Of a stretch of DNA of 35,905 bases, positions 35,071 to 35,905 are shown piece after piece; the first letter of the stretch is position 1, and every line of letters starts with the position of its first letter. The stretch is from Thermoplasmata archaeon (lineage in GTDB: Archaea; Thermoplasmatota; UBA186; UBA287). Under the pieces are notes generated by a model. That model made no database searches. It saw only the letters and a program-made list of their open reading frames with translations, and was not told the origin of the DNA. A program made the translations under genes and the position numbers. Location of the stretch: assembly GCA_011620765.1 (NCBI GenBank), contig WOYO01000005.1, positions 1-35,905 on the forward strand, written 5' to 3'.

Positions 35071-35905
35071 AAGAGATCAAGAAAGGTCATAACCTCTATT
35101 TTTGCTTCGGGTAACCTCTCTTCGAGTTCTGTAGCAAGCCCTGTTGTGTGCGCTGCTCCGGTGACAACAACGATCCTGCTCTCAGGGATCTCAGATATTC
35201 TATCAGCCATGTATTCCTCTCTATCTGTCAGCAGGGAGTTGTAAAGCTCGGGCATAAAGGAATAGAACTCTCTTAAGCCCTCAATGCCCATTTTTGAGCC
35301 TATAGCTAGAGTAAGACAGACTGAAGAGAGAGAGAAAGGTAGCGTAAGAAAGCTTATCAGCGGCTCTGTTAAGGAGAGAGCGCTAAATGTATCAACTAGG
35401 GAGCTGATGATAAATTTTGAAGAGACTATGGGGCTGCTGATAAATGAAAGAGCAATACCCACCAATATCTTAGCCGAGGCTCTGATGAAGGAAAAGAGCA
35501 TCAAAAAAAGCTCTCTGTAACTCGATGAAGCAATGTTGTTCAATTGTGCGCTATAGCCGCGGGCCATTCCTTCTATCGTTGTCGTTATGTGTTTATCTAC
35601 CGGATAGACTGGCACCCCGAGCTCTATCGCTGCCTTTATGCCTGCAAGCATATCTTCTCCGCTCTCTGCCTGAAAAGCTCCGGCCATCTGCTCTTGCATA
35701 GTAGACAGTATCATTAGCATTTGCATATCGCTTTCATTGAGCTCAGCAACTTCGGGCTCCTTTACCTCTCCGACAACCGCATTATCAACCCCGCTTGAGG
35801 ATTGTAAGGAGTTTAACCTATCGCTATCTAACTCAACAACTACAGCTTCAGGCTTGAGCTCAAGTATCTTTTCCTCGACTTTTTCACCGATATCGAATAC
35901 ATGGG
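35067..35905 (-). CDS. TraB/PrgY/GumN family protein (5' end outside the window)
   Basis: Frame is open to the window edge: HVFDIGEKVEEKILELKPEAVVVELDSDR; GEDM..AIELGVPVYPVD; DREEYMA; VVVTGAAH. Confidence 0.82.
   Translation of the reverse strand, partial: HVFDIGEKVEEKILELKPEAVVVELDSDRLNSLQSSSGVDNAVVGEVKEPEVAELNESDMQMLMILSTMQEQMAGAFQAESGEDMLAGIKAAIELGVPVYPVDKHITTTIEGMARGYSAQLNNIASSSYRELFLMLFSFIRASAKILVGIALSFISSPIVSSKFIISSLVDTFSALSLTEPLISFLTLPFSLSSVCLTLAIGSKMGIEGLREFYSFMPELYNSLLTDREEYMADRISEIPESRIVVVTGAAHTTGLATELEERLPEAKIEVMTFLDLF

Noticed and set aside
1-35905. tRNA/rRNA genes, CRISPR arrays, transposases, integrases, defence systems, Sec/Pyl recoding
   Set aside because: None seen by eye. 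In-frame stops occur only in regions that look decayed. tRNAscan-SE, Infernal and DefenseFinder would be needed to exclude these formally.

Overview
A gene-dense 35.9 kb window from an anaerobic archaeon. The archaeal call rests on class I LysRS, CarS, NMD3, DUF424, XPD, SufC/SufB (SmsCB type) and TATA boxes about 27-30 nt ahead of several start codons; the lineage cannot be fixed from this window alone. Most of it is housekeeping and metabolic genes: the pncB-carS-pyrE-xpd operon, acs, an operon with two secreted phosphoesterases and a phosphohexomutase, korDABC, sufCB, purE, lysS, nth and ald. I found no tRNA, rRNA, CRISPR array or transposase. The most unusual elements are: (1) an in-frame fusion of an intact family-4 uracil-DNA glycosylase to an intact trehalose-6-phosphate-phosphatase-type HAD domain, coupled to korDABC, a second HAD and a flavin reductase-rubredoxin; (2) a lipoprotein fusing two different tungstate-binding domains (WtpA plus a TupA variant), followed by a decayed wtpB permease that the ORF track missed; (3) an SSS transporter operon with three small membrane partners, two of them unannotated microproteins (39 and 48 aa); (4) a hydrophobic 13-Cys ORF with roughly 11-residue periodicity; (5) PyrE with an 8-Cys zinc finger; (6) a catalytically degenerate IolB-like cupin heading an incomplete proline/sarcosine-dehydrogenase-type operon. 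All family calls come from motif recognition by eye; no database search was run.
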